A stretch of 41,553 bases of DNA from Pseudomonadota bacterium (GTDB lineage: Bacteria; Bdellovibrionota; FAC87; UBA2466), in contig JAYSWN010000027.1 in NCBI GenBank assembly GCA_043718025.1, positions 1-41,553 on the forward strand, written 5' to 3'. Below, in pieces: positions 8,525 through 18,864 of this stretch. The position numbers were made by a program, and so were the translations under genes. The number at the start of each line of letters is the position of its first letter. Within the stretch, counting starts at the first letter, position 1. The notes under the pieces are model-generated. The model was not told where the DNA came from, did not search any database, and saw only the letters and a list, made by a program, of their open reading frames with translations.

Positions 8525-8646
8525 AGAGAGATAACGCGCCCACTAAAAGAGGATAGAACCCAGGCAAAGCGTCTGGTTGATGAAATGGTAGCGCTCGCCG
8601 ACAAATACCTTACCGATTCAAGCGATCCTAAGTAGGCAGCAAGAAT

Positions 8647-11600
8647 TTAGCGAGAAGATCGGGGGGCCGACGCGCTACTACCGCCGTCATTAAATGCGCG
8701 CAAGCGGTATTGATAACTAACCGTGGCATCCACCGGCAGGGTGAATTGGCCGGCTCCGCAATCCAACGAGGTGGCCGGGTACCAAATTCCGTTCGGCTCC
8801 GACCATTCCAGTAGACAGCCCACGGCATCATCGAGATTTTGCGGATTCCAGGCGAAAACGGCGGAGGCGGCAAGGGTGGTGACCCTGAAGTCTTGCGGCG
8901 CCTGAGGTGGCAACTGCGGAGGTGTGATTGCAAATTCTGTAGACGCAGCGGAAGCACCACCGGTGTTATAACTCACTATCCGGAAATGCTCATCGGCAGT
9001 ACGTAAAGCACTTACGGTTACAAATGCTTGGCGAAGCGTTGCGCTTACGTCGGAGACCAAGAGCCAGCCGCCATTTCCAATCGCTCGCTCCAACTTAAAA
9101 CCAGTTTGGTCGGTGCCCGAGAAGGCCCAATCCAGTTTCACCTGATCAGCGGAGACAACATTGGCGATAAAACTTTGTGGCGTGGCCGGCGGCAACGGCA
9201 ACGTCACGGCCGAGATCGTTGACGTGAAAGCCGAGGCCCCAAAGTTATTTAATGAGTACACTCGGTAGAAATAGCGGGTATTGGGAGCGAGGCCGGTTTG
9301 TAAAAGCTCAACCGCTCCGACGCCCAAACTTCCCACCAAGGCCCACCCGGAAAGGCCATCGGCCGATCGTTCAATTTTGAAGCCCGTTTCATTGTGGCTG
9401 GTGTCGGTCCAAGAAACGCGAATTTGCGTGGCCGATTGAACCGCCAACGCTAAACCGGCTGGAGCGGTGGGCGGCAAGTCGTCGGTCGTCGCGTTTACCG
9501 TATTGGCGTAGGGCGATTCTCCGACGGAGCCGATAGCGGAGATTCTAAAGTAATAGGTGGTATTTACCGCGAGCGAGCCAACCGTGATGATTACCGCGTT
9601 GGTGCCGGGTTGAGTCGTGACATTGTTCCACGATCCCAACAAGCCAAGCGCCATTTGAAGGTGGAAGCTGGTTTCGTTGTCGCTATTGTCCGTCCAAGTA
9701 AGCCGAATCTGGGTCGAGTTTAAAACCTGCGCCGCGAGGTTGGTGGGGGCAAGGGGGATGGCATCGGGCGTGGTGGCGTTGGCAACCTCTGAATAGACCG
9801 AGCTGCCAATGGCGTTCACGGCTTTTACGCGGAAATAATAAGTACGAGCCTTTTGTGCACTGGTGTCGATGAGCCGAATCACATCGGTGGCCGGTGAATT
9901 CACTACGGAGAAAGGCCCGGTGGAGCTATCGGATCTCTCGACCACGAAGTTGGTTTCGTTGTCGCTATTGTCGCCCCAGTCAACCTGAATTTCCGTGGGA
10001 CTTAGTGCTGAAACGACAAGATTGCTGGGTTCCAAAGGGATGGCATCGAGTGTCGTGGTGTTGACGATCCCAGAGTAACTAGAGCTTCCAATGTTATTTA
10101 CTGCTTTGACCCGATAGTAGTAGGTGGTGAATTTAACCACACTGTTGTCTGAGTACACAGTTTCTCCGGCGGCAATCGAAGCGATCGGCGAAAAAGAATT
10201 AGAGTCACCGGTTGACCTCTCAAGCACAAATTCAATTTCGTTATCGCTGTTATCGACCCAACCGAGGTCGATTTGCGTTGCTGAAATCGTGGTGGCGGTA
10301 AGCCCCGACGGGGCATCCGGCGCGAGATCAGGCGTGGTGACCGACGTGTACACTGAATAGCTAGAACTTCCCACGGCATTGACTGCTTTTACGCGAAAGA
10401 AATATCTGGTTGCCTTGCGCGCGCTGGTGTCGATGAATTCAATCACACCGGCGGCCGGAGAATTCACAACGGAGAAGGATCCGGATAGGCTATCGAACCG
10501 TTCAAGCACAAAGTTGGTTTCGTTATCACTATTGTCGACCCAGACAATCTTAATCTGCGTGGCGCTTTGGGCAATGGCGCTAAGTCCGGTGGGTGTGATG
10601 GGAATGGCGTCTAGAGTTGTGGCGGTGACAGTTGATGAGTAGCTCGAGCCGCCGATGCTGTTCACCGCTTTTACGCGGTAGTAGTAGGGGGTAAACTTTT
10701 GTAGGCCGGTACTAGAATATTGCGTGACGCCCGCGGCGGCCGTAACGATCGCTGAAAACGGTCCTGAGACGCTAGCTGCTCGTTCGACGACAAACCCGGT
10801 TTCGTTATCGCTGTTATCGGCCCAGCTGAGATCAATTTGTGTCGAAGAGATGGTGCTGGCCGCCAGTCCAGACGGGGCGATCGGCGCAAGGTCGAGGGTG
10901 GTGCCGGTGGCGACCGCGGAGTAGCTTGAGCTTCCCACCGCGTTTTCCGACCTTATTCGGTAGTAGTAGGCACGAGCTTTTTGCAATCCGCTGTCGATGA
11001 ATTGAATCACGCCCGCCGCCGGTGAATTGATGACGGTAAAGGGACCCGTTGGCGCATCCGATCGTTCGAGCTTAAACCCGGTTTCATTATCGCTATTGTC
11101 GAGCCAGTTAATTTGTAATTGCGATGCGCTTAGGGCCAGAGCGACAAGATTACTCGGGGCCGTGGGAATGGTGTCGAGAGTTGTGGCGGTAGCGGTGGCA
11201 GAGTAACTTGAGCTGCCGATGCCATTGACCGCTTTCACGCGGTAGTAATAGGGGGTAAACTTTTGCAGGCCGGAGTTTGAATATTGAGTGACCCCCGCGG
11301 CGGGCGAAACGATCGCTGAAAACGGCCCTAAGACGCTGGTTGATCTTTCGACGACAAACCCCATTTCGTTTGCGCTGTTATCATTCCAACTGAGATCAAT
11401 TTGTGTTGAGGATACCGTGCTGGCCGATAGCGCGGAAGGGGCGATCGGTACCACGTCGAGGGTGGTGGCCGAGACTATGGTTGAGTAGCCCGAGTTTCCG
11501 ATCGCAGCGCTCAGGGCGCGAATCCGGTAATAGTACGTTGTGGCCGGGGTCAGTAACAGGTGCGAATGCGAAGTGGAATTCGCGGGTTTGCTAATTAAGG

Positions 11601-14043
11601 TCCAGGGGCCGGTGCTTGAAGAACCAAATTCGAGGCCGTAGCTATCTTCCTGCGAATTATTGTCGGCCCAAGAAATCGTAATCGCATTGGCGCTTACCAC
11701 CGCGGCGGCAAAAGATGTGGGCCAGAGCGCGGGGTACACCAGGGGGGTAGTGATGGTCATGGTGTTTGAGTAAGATGAATACCCGGCAGAGTTATACCCC
11801 CGTAACCGGTAGGTAATAAACTTATTGGTTGGGGCGGTGGCATCGGTATAGGTGACCACATTTCCCGCGGTCGAACCCAGACTTAACCAAGCGGCACTCG
11901 GCAATAAGCGCTCTAAATAGAAAGCTGATTCGTTATTGCTGTTGTCGGTCCAACTCAATACCACTGAATTATTTCCGATCGTGGGCGTTAGTAGGGTGGG
12001 GGCCACGGGTATCGTATTTGGTAACGTGGTGGGTAGGGAGACTTCCGTATAGGCGGAAGCTCCGTAAGAATTCACCGCGCGCACCCGCACGTAATAGGTG
12101 GTGCCCGGTGTCAGTCCAGTAATGGTGTAGACGTTTAGGTTTGCGGCAACCGTGGCTCGCAGCGTAAACGGGCCGACGGCGGACGTGGCTGATTCCACTT
12201 CAAAACCGGTTTCATTGTTGGCGTTGTCGCCCCATGACAGCCAAAGGGTGGTGGTGCTCGTTGCCGAAGTATTCGGTGGTCCGGTGGGCTGAGTGGGCGG
12301 GAAGGCCGGAAGCGGACCCGGTGGCGGCACAGTAATCGATCCGGCGCTATTCACGTTTACGTCGACGCGGTTTTCGTAAACGGTGCCGCCACTATTGGAA
12401 GCGGAGAGCCGTAAGGTTTTTCGGCCAGATGACACACTGGTGAGATCCCAATTCGCCAATAGCGTGCTCGCTACGGCGCCGGTGCCCTGAGCGATTTGCG
12501 TCCAGCTGGAAGGGGCTTCGCCGCTTCCGTACTCAAGTTGCCAACTCGTAGCGGCACTTCCTTCGACATAGCCATTGATGGGGACGATACCCGAAAGCGT
12601 GGCGGGGTACTGAAGAATCGCCAGACCAATCGGTGCGGGAACATTTAACGAATTTAAAATATTGATCCGTCCGTAGCCGACCTCGGAATCAAAGCCCGGG
12701 GTAATCGCATCGTCGGCACCCTTAATCAGTGCCTGACGAACCTGTTCGGGAGTGTACGAGGGATGATACGACAAGATCATCGCCGCCGCGCCCGCCACGT
12801 GCGGAGCCGCCATCGAGGTGCCTCTTAGTCGTCGGTAGTTCCCGCCTACGTTGGTATAAACGTCGGCAAAGGCATTAAAGAAGGAACGCAGAGAAAGAAT
12901 ATTGGAAGACGAGTACCAAAAAGGCTTGTGCTCTGCGGTTGACTCACCACCGGGGGCCGAAACGGCAACCCGCACGCCGTAGTTTGAAAACGGGCAACGG
13001 GTGTCGTCGAAGGCCGAGGCGGCTACGGCAATCGTGAATGGGGCGACGGGCAAGAGTTGAGCATAAACGTCGGCATTGTCATTTCCCGAGGCTACTACGA
13101 CCACCACGCCGTGATCGTGGGCATACTGCACGGCGGAAGCGACGTAAGAAGGAGTGACGCCGATGGCGCCCAAGCTAAGATTAATTACCTTCGCGCCGCT
13201 ATCGACGGCGTAAGTAATTCCGCTGGCAATGTCGGTCCACGAACCCGAGCCTACGCTGTTCAAAACCTTGACGGCTAAGATGGTGGCGTTGGGCGCTAAA
13301 CCGGCAATGCCGACTCCGTTATTGGCAATCGCCGCAATGGTGCCCGCCACGTGGGTGCCGTGCCCATTGTCGTCGAGGCCATCCAGAGCTCCGGTAATAA
13401 TATTTTTCCCTATCAAAACCTTTCCTGGGCCGTTGGGTACGGTGTACAAGCCCAGATCTTGATGGCTGTAGTCGACTCCAGTATCCACGACGGCTACGAG
13501 CACTCCTTGACCTAAGGTCAAGGCCCAGGCCTCGACGGCTTTTATTTTGGCGTGTCCCCACAGATCCATATAGGGCTGACCCCAAGTTCCGGCGGACGGG
13601 GGAAGGTATGGGTCATTAAAAGTGGTCGCAAAAGCCGTGCCGTCTGATTCAATAATCGCGTCCGCGAATTCTCCCGAAGCCTTTAGCTCATTGATCATCG
13701 CGACGGTGGCGGCGACGCGTTCCGCTTCGGTCGTGCCAGAAATATCGGGCACTTCCAATCGCCACATTTGGTGACGCGGCCGTTTTTTTGCCCTTTTACT
13801 ATTTGAATTTACTCGGCGGCTTGAATGGCGTTTGGAAATGGAGGAGTTTCGTTTCCCCATGCGCTGAAGTTTTTGGGCGATGCGATTTTCAAAATTGTTG
13901 TCATCCGCAATATCGTCATTGTCCGAATCGAGCGGTCGTGAAATTACCACCCGACCCGAAATTACGTTGGCGGAAATGCCAAGCGCGTGCGAGGTAAGAA
14001 AAAGGAAAAAGAAGATATGCGCGATTGTGAAAAAACGTACCAC
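8647..14043 (-). CDS. Secreted S8 subtilisin-like serine protease with 13 C-terminal fibronectin type III domains
   Basis: Signal peptide; triad motifs VAVVDTG, HGTHVAG, GTSMAAPH; oxyanion ASGN; 13 repeats of P..P..L....S...I.L.W.DNS.NE.GF..ERS...YYYRV.A.N. Confidence 0.95.
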   Translation of the reverse strand: MVRFFTIAHIFFFLFLTSHALGISANVISGRVVISRPLDSDNDDIADDNNFENRIAQKLQRMGKRNSSISKRHSSRRVNSNSKRAKKRPRHQMWRLEVPDISGTTEAERVAATVAMINELKASGEFADAIIESDGTAFATTFNDPYLPPSAGTWGQPYMDLWGHAKIKAVEAWALTLGQGVLVAVVDTGVDYSHQDLGLYTVPNGPGKVLIGKNIITGALDGLDDNGHGTHVAGTIAAIANNGVGIAGLAPNATILAVKVLNSVGSGSWTDIASGITYAVDSGAKVINLSLGAIGVTPSYVASAVQYAHDHGVVVVVASGNDNADVYAQLLPVAPFTIAVAASAFDDTRCPFSNYGVRVAVSAPGGESTAEHKPFWYSSSNILSLRSFFNAFADVYTNVGGNYRRLRGTSMAAPHVAGAAAMILSYHPSYTPEQVRQALIKGADDAITPGFDSEVGYGRINILNSLNVPAPIGLAILQYPATLSGIVPINGYVEGSAATSWQLEYGSGEAPSSWTQIAQGTGAVASTLLANWDLTSVSSGRKTLRLSASNSGGTVYENRVDVNVNSAGSITVPPPGPLPAFPPTQPTGPPNTSATSTTTLWLSWGDNANNETGFEVESATSAVGPFTLRATVAANLNVYTITGLTPGTTYYVRVRAVNSYGASAYTEVSLPTTLPNTIPVAPTLLTPTIGNNSVVLSWTDNSNNESAFYLERLLPSAAWLSLGSTAGNVVTYTDATAPTNKFITYRLRGYNSAGYSSYSNTMTITTPLVYPALWPTSFAAAVVSANAITISWADNNSQEDSYGLEFGSSSTGPWTLISKPANSTSHSHLLLTPATTYYYRIRALSAAIGNSGYSTIVSATTLDVVPIAPSALSASTVSSTQIDLSWNDNSANEMGFVVERSTSVLGPFSAIVSPAAGVTQYSNSGLQKFTPYYYRVKAVNGIGSSSYSATATATTLDTIPTAPSNLVALALSASQLQINWLDNSDNETGFKLERSDAPTGPFTVINSPAAGVIQFIDSGLQKARAYYYRIRSENAVGSSSYSAVATGTTLDLAPIAPSGLAASTISSTQIDLSWADNSDNETGFVVERAASVSGPFSAIVTAAAGVTQYSSTGLQKFTPYYYRVKAVNSIGGSSYSSTVTATTLDAIPITPTGLSAIAQSATQIKIVWVDNSDNETNFVLERFDSLSGSFSVVNSPAAGVIEFIDTSARKATRYFFRVKAVNAVGSSSYSVYTSVTTPDLAPDAPSGLTATTISATQIDLGWVDNSDNEIEFVLERSTGDSNSFSPIASIAAGETVYSDNSVVKFTTYYYRVKAVNNIGSSSYSGIVNTTTLDAIPLEPSNLVVSALSPTEIQVDWGDNSDNETNFVVERSDSSTGPFSVVNSPATDVIRLIDTSAQKARTYYFRVKAVNAIGSSVYSEVANATTPDAIPLAPTNLAAQVLNSTQIRLTWTDNSDNETSFHLQMALGLLGSWNNVTTQPGTNAVIITVGSLAVNTTYYFRISAIGSVGESPYANTVNATTDDLPPTAPAGLALAVQSATQIRVSWTDTSHNETGFKIERSADGLSGWALVGSLGVGAVELLQTGLAPNTRYFYRVYSLNNFGASAFTSTISAVTLPLPPATPQSFIANVVSADQVKLDWAFSGTDQTGFKLERAIGNGGWLLVSDVSATLRQAFVTVSALRTADEHFRIVSYNTGGASAASTEFAITPPQLPPQAPQDFRVTTLAASAVFAWNPQNLDDAVGCLLEWSEPNGIWYPATSLDCGAGQFTLPVDATVSYQYRLRAFNDGGSSASAPRSSR
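9757..11448 (-). repeat. Intragenic tandem triplication of a two-FN3 unit, 564-nt period
   Basis: Starts of FN3 #4, #6, #8 and #10 fall at 11448, 10884, 10320 and 9756. Alternate repeats share motifs (KFT.YYYRVKAVN versus NSPA..VI..ID...KA..Y). Confidence 0.85.
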
Positions 14044-14543
14044 TGTGGGAGCACCCTTTTTTTAACGCCGCAAAAAACTCTTAAATTCGATTAAAAGATT
14101 ATTATCCTTAAGGTAGTGCGATTTGCCGGCCACTCGTGACGGGTAAGTGAAGGCTCTCTAACTAGTTGAAAAACAGCGGGACTTGCCCTGAACTGCCTAA
14201 AGTTTGGGCAGCCGAGGTCCTGAAAAGCACTGACTATCTTGTTTACAAAGAATTGCCTTGCGCAGCCTATGCCTATGATTAGGGGGGGTTACCGGCGGAA
14301 TTCGTTAGACACCCCCCGCCCGGTTTTATGAGAATGTGAAATCCTGCATCTATACAAGAGGGTGGGCCTTTTTTACGGGATTTGGTGCTTGAAAGTTATA
14401 CGATTTTTCACCTCTTTTTCGCCCTAACTCATTAAGAATAGACAGAGTTTTTGAAACCCAAGGCCACTAAATGGAGTCCGCTGCGGCAATGGGGTAAGAT
14501 CAAAGGGAGCTTGCCTCTCTGTGCCTTGAAACGGAGTGATGAA

Positions 14544-15323
14544 ATGAGTTTCTCACCGGTAAAATTTTTCAAAACGTATTCACTTTTTTGTTTCGCTACC
14601 GGGACCCTTTTGCTTTCCGGATGTAACCAGTTAGCAACGCCAAAAGTTAGCAACGGGGCCTACACTTTTGCCGTCGCAAGTTACAGCGCCGAATTTACTC
14701 CTGACGGCGAGTTCTCGATCGATTTTGCGACCCGAGCCCCGGAGGTAAGAGGCATCGGCCGCACCGTAACCGCAACCGAAGGTTTATCGGTGGAATTTGT
14801 TTTTTCCTCAGGTCAAATTTCTAGATGCAAAGGGGTAAAGGTAACGGGACTTAAATTAAGTTGCACGATCCCTACTGACGCGCCGACTTCTGGTGAGTTC
14901 ACGGTAAATATCTTGGCTAACACGCGACCGCTGATTTTGCGTCAAGGCAACGAAGAATTAAAATGGAATTTAAAGCATCGTAAAAAGTCCACCGGACCGC
15001 GCCTGCTTCCCCCGCTAAAACCGGAATCTTTTTTTATTTCATCCGTGGTGAAAAAAGGCACCACCGCGGCTTCGGCTAAAGCGGGCGATACTTTGGAGAT
15101 TACCGGAGTCGGCTTCTTACAATTTGGCCCCATTCAATTTTATCTGGGTAGCAAACCGGGCGATGTGGCGCATCCGTGCTCGCCCAAAGTACAAACCGAT
15201 ACGCGTGCCACATGCGACATTCCCTCCGGAACAGCACCTGGAAATTTCGTGTATTGGGGTGAGCTTTTAAAAACCCCACAAGTCCAAACCCGCACGCATG
15301 GTTCAATCGCCGTGACGCTTTAA
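14544..15323 (+). CDS. Putative lipoprotein with two Ig-like (IPT/TIG-like) domains
   Basis: ATG 14544 with GGAG upstream; lipobox LLSGC; ISSV...AGDTLEITGVGF TIG-like motif; paired Cys (C...LSCTIP, C...ATCDIP). Confidence 0.65.
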   Translation: MSFSPVKFFKTYSLFCFATGTLLLSGCNQLATPKVSNGAYTFAVASYSAEFTPDGEFSIDFATRAPEVRGIGRTVTATEGLSVEFVFSSGQISRCKGVKVTGLKLSCTIPTDAPTSGEFTVNILANTRPLILRQGNEELKWNLKHRKKSTGPRLLPPLKPESFFISSVVKKGTTAASAKAGDTLEITGVGFLQFGPIQFYLGSKPGDVAHPCSPKVQTDTRATCDIPSGTAPGNFVYWGELLKTPQVQTRTHGSIAVTL

Positions 15324-15331
15324 GTTAACCA

Positions 15332-17707
15332 TCACGTGGATTGGGGCCGTTTCCCCACCAAGTCGAAAGCGAATCGGGGAACCTTTGACGGGCTCGAAGC
15401 GCATTTTTCGAACTGGCGGTAGCCGACCATCAGAATGGCTCCGGCGTAACAAACAAGTCCAGCGAATAGAGTCTGTCCATACCCAAGATGCATCGAGAGG
15501 CCGACCGAAATTACCGAGCCCAGTACCGAGGCGCCGCCATTAATTGCCCACGCCCAAGGGACATTCTCAGAGCCGTTAGCACTGATTTGACTTAGCCCCC
15601 ACGGTAAAAAGCTGCCCAGTGACAGCCCCACTAGGGCAACAAAACCACCATAAATCGAGACGCGCAGAAAAAAAGGAACTTCGAATAGGGGTTGGTAAAT
15701 TAACTCAAGCGTGGCGCAAATTAACCCGGCCACAACGGGAGCTACGATTTGCCATCCCCTAATGCCAGTAATGCGTTTTGAGAACAGACTTCCTAACCCC
15801 GTGGAGAGCAGAAGAAAAAATAGTCCTACCGTAAGCCCGTAGGTGGGGTGGCCTAGGATCAGGCTGCCTTTTTGAATGAGCGGCAGCTCAATAAACATGA
15901 ACCCAAGCCCGATCAGGACGAAATAAAATTTCCATTTAAACTGCAGAGGGTTGGAGCGAGCCAGTCGCAACGGTAAATAGAAAAAGAATAAAAGAATAAC
16001 GATGCAAAAAATGAATGTGATCGCGATTGCTACTTGGGCAACATAGTTAAACTGCTGACCAATGGTCTTTCCACCCAGTACATCTAAGATTTGAGAAATC
16101 CCCGTCATTTGAAAAAAGTAGGGGCGATTGTCCGTAGTCGGAGTCACATCATAATAGTGCTCGCCGACAAGGTAGTCTCCGTTTAGTACACGGTTGAAGA
16201 GAGGGTCTCGAGGGGTCGCGGCACTATACACCGTAGTGAAACCAAACTCGTTGAGATACTGATTAATCTTAGCAAACGCTTGCGGGGAGAAAGGTGTTTT
16301 GCTGATGAGCGTGGTCGACATTCCCTTTTCGTAGCGAGTGCCAATTACCACCACGTGGGCGCTAGGGTTCTTGACCCCCATTTGTTCAAGGGCTGCGTGC
16401 GCCAGTGCGGACACTCGCAGTGTTTGGCTGCGCGGAGTGAACAGATAGCGTGACACAGAAATCACGCCACCATCATTTAATTTTTCTAGATAATCTCGGA
16501 AGGCTTCGACCGTATACAGGCTATTTTCGGTCATCGCGAAGGCGCCCGCTGAGGTGGCAGCCCAACTGTCGATGAGCGAGATCTGAATTAAGTCGTAGCG
16601 GTCTTTCGTTTGTCGGATGCAGCTTCGAGCGTCGAGACTTCGTACATTTACCTGCGGTAAACGGTATAGGTTGCCAGAGAAGGTGGCCAACTCCGTCTTC
16701 ATCAACTCCAAAATCGTATTGTGAATCTCGCAGCCATCGATGGTTTTCGCCCCGAAGGTGAGCGCGGTGAGAATGTCCCTCCCGCCTCCGGTGCCCACGA
16801 TAAAAACCTTTTCAGGAGCCAATACATGGTAGGGAAACGCGGTGATATCGTGCTTGAGATAGCTCAGGGTGCCCAGATTTCCATCGAACTGAGTGATGGG
16901 GGTCCCCGCGGAGGCGTCTTGTTCGAGCCAGTATTGGCGAGGTCGATCCACGGCTTTAAACTTCTTGCTCATACCCCAGCCGAATGGATTATCTGAGTTT
17001 TTAGTCCACCAGATCCAAGGATATACCGTGACTCTCGATAAGGCTGACCATTTCTCAAGCATCTTATCGGCGCGTTCCCGGTAGGACTTGGTATACTTGA
17101 TTGAAACCAAGTTGAGACCGGGCAGGCAGAGAGTGAAAATGGCAAGGCTGGCTAAAACCAGCAGTACGCCGCGAGCCAGCCGATTTCGAAAAAAAGAGGC
17201 CAGAATAAAGCAGGGAATTAGGGCCGAGGCAACGGCAAGCTGGGGACCAGTGACGCGCTCGATGAAAATAGTGAAGGCAATACAACCGACGGCCGATCCC
17301 AAGAGATCAAAGAAGTAGAGTCGGCCGATTGTTTTGATGTTCTCTTTGAAGAGAGCAGACAAGTAAATTCCCGCGCAAAAAAAAGGAATGAAACAGAGAG
17401 TAAAAAGAAGGATTCGCCCTGAGGTTTCGAATTCATATTTAATCTCTAGATTGGTCATGACCACGATGGCCAAAAAAATCGACAGAGCTTGGGTTCCAAG
17501 TATGTAGGGAAGATCTTTTCTGGCGCCGCGGCGTAGGAATGTGTAAACACCGCCGCCGCCGAGCCCCAACATGGCGAGCGAGATGCTCATGTAGCCATAG
17601 TGATACCACATGGTGACGGAGAAAATTTTTGTCAGGGTGATCTCAAAAACAATTACCCACATCGCTTGAAAAAACACGCCCCAAAAAGGAGAAATCGGAT
17701 TTGCCAT
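15332..17707 (-). CDS. Polytopic membrane protein with a central spermidine-synthase-like (class I SAM) domain
   Basis: TM blocks at both ends, LYFFDLLGS, IVGTGGGRD, CEIH, DAR, YDLIQISLID, ENSLYTVEAF, TTDNRPYF, WAWAINGGASV. Start placed at ATG 17707. Confidence 0.85.
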   Translation of the reverse strand: MANPISPFWGVFFQAMWVIVFEITLTKIFSVTMWYHYGYMSISLAMLGLGGGGVYTFLRRGARKDLPYILGTQALSIFLAIVVMTNLEIKYEFETSGRILLFTLCFIPFFCAGIYLSALFKENIKTIGRLYFFDLLGSAVGCIAFTIFIERVTGPQLAVASALIPCFILASFFRNRLARGVLLVLASLAIFTLCLPGLNLVSIKYTKSYRERADKMLEKWSALSRVTVYPWIWWTKNSDNPFGWGMSKKFKAVDRPRQYWLEQDASAGTPITQFDGNLGTLSYLKHDITAFPYHVLAPEKVFIVGTGGGRDILTALTFGAKTIDGCEIHNTILELMKTELATFSGNLYRLPQVNVRSLDARSCIRQTKDRYDLIQISLIDSWAATSAGAFAMTENSLYTVEAFRDYLEKLNDGGVISVSRYLFTPRSQTLRVSALAHAALEQMGVKNPSAHVVVIGTRYEKGMSTTLISKTPFSPQAFAKINQYLNEFGFTTVYSAATPRDPLFNRVLNGDYLVGEHYYDVTPTTDNRPYFFQMTGISQILDVLGGKTIGQQFNYVAQVAIAITFIFCIVILLFFFYLPLRLARSNPLQFKWKFYFVLIGLGFMFIELPLIQKGSLILGHPTYGLTVGLFFLLLSTGLGSLFSKRITGIRGWQIVAPVVAGLICATLELIYQPLFEVPFFLRVSIYGGFVALVGLSLGSFLPWGLSQISANGSENVPWAWAINGGASVLGSVISVGLSMHLGYGQTLFAGLVCYAGAILMVGYRQFEKCASSPSKVPRFAFDLVGKRPQST

Positions 17708-17711
17708 TGAT

Positions 17712-18821
17712 TTACCCAGGTAAAGCGTTATTCCGCGCGCCAAAATAGGCGGCCAAGGAGAGAATGGATTGGCGGCGCGCAAAGGCTTCGCCCAGGCACC
17801 GGTGAGACCCCGCTCCGAACGGAAAAAAAGTAAGCCGGCCCTTGGGTTCGCTGCGCTCGTCCTGCCAACGTTCAGGGATAAAATGTTCTGCGTCTACAAA
17901 AGAGGCAGGGTGTCTTTGGATGGCAGCGCAATCGATAAGTACGATAGCGCCTTTTGCTACTTTATGCTCGCCAAGCCGGAGGTCATTTTTTGCGTATCGA
18001 CGGAGAGTTTTCACCGGCGGGTGCAGCCGCAACACCTCCTTGAAAAACTGATTCGTGAATTTCAGCGCGGCAAAGTTGGAGCCGGCGTGAAGGGCTTCTT
18101 GCGTAAGTTGGTCGGCTAACTTTGGGTTCTGATCGGCAATGTGCAGCGATGACATGAGCGCCTTGGCGGTCGTGTCGAAGCCGGCCAGAAGGGCGTTTAA
18201 TTCGGGCCCCACGTTAAGCTGCTTCCCTCGACCAGGAAATCTAAGGACACTCAATTTTTCGAAACCGAGCCGGTCGACGCCAGGGTGAGCGATAAGTGTT
18301 TTCAGCCGCTGGTTCCATTTTTTTGTGGCGAGAAAGAATCGGAATTGATCGTGGGGAAGCACTACGCCAAAGAGTTCGGTCAGAGAAAGCAAGCCATGTC
18401 GGGCCAATTTAATCAGGCGCTCCATCACCTGATTGAGTTCGATCGCGGCGTTCTCGATATCGATTTGGAAGAGGTAATAGAAATTAAGCTTTAGAACGAG
18501 TTCCGCTAAGCGGTGGGGCGGGGGAATCTGATTCTTCCGGGCCCAAGGGGAGAGTGAATCATTGGCCATTCGGTATACGCTTTGATCGGCGGACTCAATT
18601 CCTAGGTATAGGGGGCGTGATATTAAGCGCTGCTCGGCGTGGGGTTTGCCGTCGCGCGTTAGCAACACATCTCCGAAGAGAAGTCGCCAACGATCCGTAC
18701 CGTTGTTCTTAACGAGGTCATCGCTTTTTTCAACTAAGGCCTCATGCGCCAGTCTGGGGCAGCGCACGGTGTAAACGGTTTTGTTTATGAATTTCGATCT
18801 TTCAAAACTGGGGGGGAGCAT
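17712..18821 (-). CDS. Cytochrome P450 (compact, divergent)
   Basis: I-helix AGFDTT, K-helix EVLR, PERW, heme motif FGAGSHRCLG. Confidence 0.9.
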   Translation of the reverse strand: MLPPSFERSKFINKTVYTVRCPRLAHEALVEKSDDLVKNNGTDRWRLLFGDVLLTRDGKPHAEQRLISRPLYLGIESADQSVYRMANDSLSPWARKNQIPPPHRLAELVLKLNFYYLFQIDIENAAIELNQVMERLIKLARHGLLSLTELFGVVLPHDQFRFFLATKKWNQRLKTLIAHPGVDRLGFEKLSVLRFPGRGKQLNVGPELNALLAGFDTTAKALMSSLHIADQNPKLADQLTQEALHAGSNFAALKFTNQFFKEVLRLHPPVKTLRRYAKNDLRLGEHKVAKGAIVLIDCAAIQRHPASFVDAEHFIPERWQDERSEPKGRLTFFPFGAGSHRCLGEAFARRQSILSLAAYFGARNNALPG

Positions 18822-18864
18822 GGGCTAGTGGGAAAGACTAATCCAGTTTGCCTTCGCTGTCAGT

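Noticed and set aside
8647..14043. S8 protease as cargo of the neighbouring T1SS
   Set aside because: It has an N-terminal Sec-type signal, no RTX repeats, and lies on the opposite strand.
14044..14543. Riboswitch (e.g. c-di-GMP-I) in the 500-bp divergent intergenic region; G/C hairpin near 14282-14317
   Set aside because: A GGCAAA fragment is present on the minus strand but without the GNRA/receptor stem and second conserved block; one hairpin is not enough.
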